A stretch of 64,000 nucleotides of DNA, from NCBI GenBank assembly GCA_947176895.1, contig CAMWSK010000002.1, positions 24,423-88,422 of the forward strand, in the 5' to 3' direction. The DNA is from an uncultured Prevotellaceae bacterium (lineage in GTDB: Bacteria > Bacteroidota > Bacteroidia > Bacteroidales > Bacteroidaceae). A model generated the notes under the pieces. The model was given only the letters and a program-made list of their open reading frames with translations. It was not told the DNA's origin and ran no database searches. This document shows positions 63,428 to 64,000 of this stretch, one piece after another; position 1 is the stretch's first letter, and the number at the start of each line of letters is the position of its first letter. The position numbers and the translations under genes were made by a program.

Positions 63428-64000
63428 ATGTTCCCAAATCTGGACCGCCCGCTTATCGTGTTTGACCTCGAGACCACCGGCCTGAACATGGCCACAGACT
63501 CCATCATCCAGATAAGCTATATCAAAGTGATGCCCGACGGCACCGAGAAGCGCGTCGACCACTTCGTCAACCCCGGAAAGCCCATCCCCGCCGTGGTGGC
63601 GGAGCTGACCCACATCACCGACGACATGGTGAAGGATGCCCCCACCTTCGCACAGCTGGCCGCCGACCTGGCCGCCGACTTCGAGGGGTGCGACTTCGCG
63701 GGCTACAACAGCAACGGCTTCGACATCCCCATGCTCTGCGAGGAATTTCTGCGGGCGGGCATCAACTTCAACTTTGCCAAGAGCCGGCTGATTGATGCCT
63801 GCACCATCTTCAAACGCATGGAGCAGCGCAACCTGGCCGCCGCCTACAAGTTCTACACGGGGCACAAGATGGAGGACGACTTCACGGCCCACCGCGCCAA
63901 CGAAGACACCGAGGCCACCTGGGCCGTGCTCAAGGGGCAGCTGGACATGTACGCTCCGGGCAAACAAGAGGAGCCCGAACGCCAGCTGCCGAACGACATG
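63428..64000 (+). CDS. DnaQ-like 3'-5' exonuclease (DEDDh), 5' part; runs off the window end
   Basis: The frame is open from ATG 63428 to 64000, so it is absent from the track. My translation starts MFPNLDRPLIVFDLETTGLN (Exo I). It continues GYNSNGFDIPML (Exo II) and HRANEDTEAT (Exo III, H-x4-D). Confidence 0.85.
   Translation, partial: MFPNLDRPLIVFDLETTGLNMATDSIIQISYIKVMPDGTEKRVDHFVNPGKPIPAVVAELTHITDDMVKDAPTFAQLAADLAADFEGCDFAGYNSNGFDIPMLCEEFLRAGINFNFAKSRLIDACTIFKRMEQRNLAAAYKFYTGHKMEDDFTAHRANEDTEATWAVLKGQLDMYAPGKQEEPERQLPNDM

Overview
This is a 64-kb chromosomal segment from a high-G+C Bacteroidota genome, probably Bacteroidales or Prevotellaceae-like. The taxon call rests on four observations. 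TAnnTTTG -7 promoter boxes precede most operons. T9SS parts are present (sprA and a cargo protein with a Por-type C-terminal sorting tail). The tig-clpP-clpX-recQ and mutL/OstA-like/SurA/PPIase/guaB gene orders are typical of the group. A DUF3127 gene lies divergent from dnaN. All gene calls come from reading the translations and recalling family motifs; no database search was possible.

Most of the window is housekeeping. It holds ruvA, sprA (partial, missing from the ORF track because it runs off the left edge), cysQ, an OmpA-family protein, mutL, guaB, recQ, clpXP, tig, pflBA, rpe, comEC, tilS, a three-gene RND efflux operon, dnaN, and a DnaQ-like exonuclease (partial at the right edge). 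There are three tRNAs: Glu-CUC, Ser-GCU and Cys-GCA.

The accessory part lies at 42-53 kb. It contains a visibly lower-G+C 919-aa T9SS cargo gene. The upstream region of that gene carries a perfect (TGCT)10 tetranucleotide tract and a 25-bp perfect hairpin. An unlisted 57-aa acidic ORF lies just downstream of the gene. The tRNA-Glu/tRNA-Ser pair follows, then a G+C-rich glycan cluster: an FdtA-like isomerase, a fused acyltransferase-aminotransferase, three glycosyltransferases and Wzx.

Other points worth a second look:
- A dispersed family of tandem 18-21-bp palindromic units (AAAACATG..CATGTTTT, plus a GC-rich variant AAAACGCCGCGGCGTTTT) sits at six or more intergenic sites.
- An orphan promoter-terminator unit could encode an sRNA of about 225 nt.
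- A lipoprotein serpin has a canonical inhibitory hinge.
- A porin gene is start/stop-overlapped with pflA.
- An OB-fold-like lipoprotein gene follows comEC.
- A 5'-truncated YafQ/RelE toxin remnant lies in a repeat-filled spacer.

I found no CRISPR array, integrase, transposase or rRNA.
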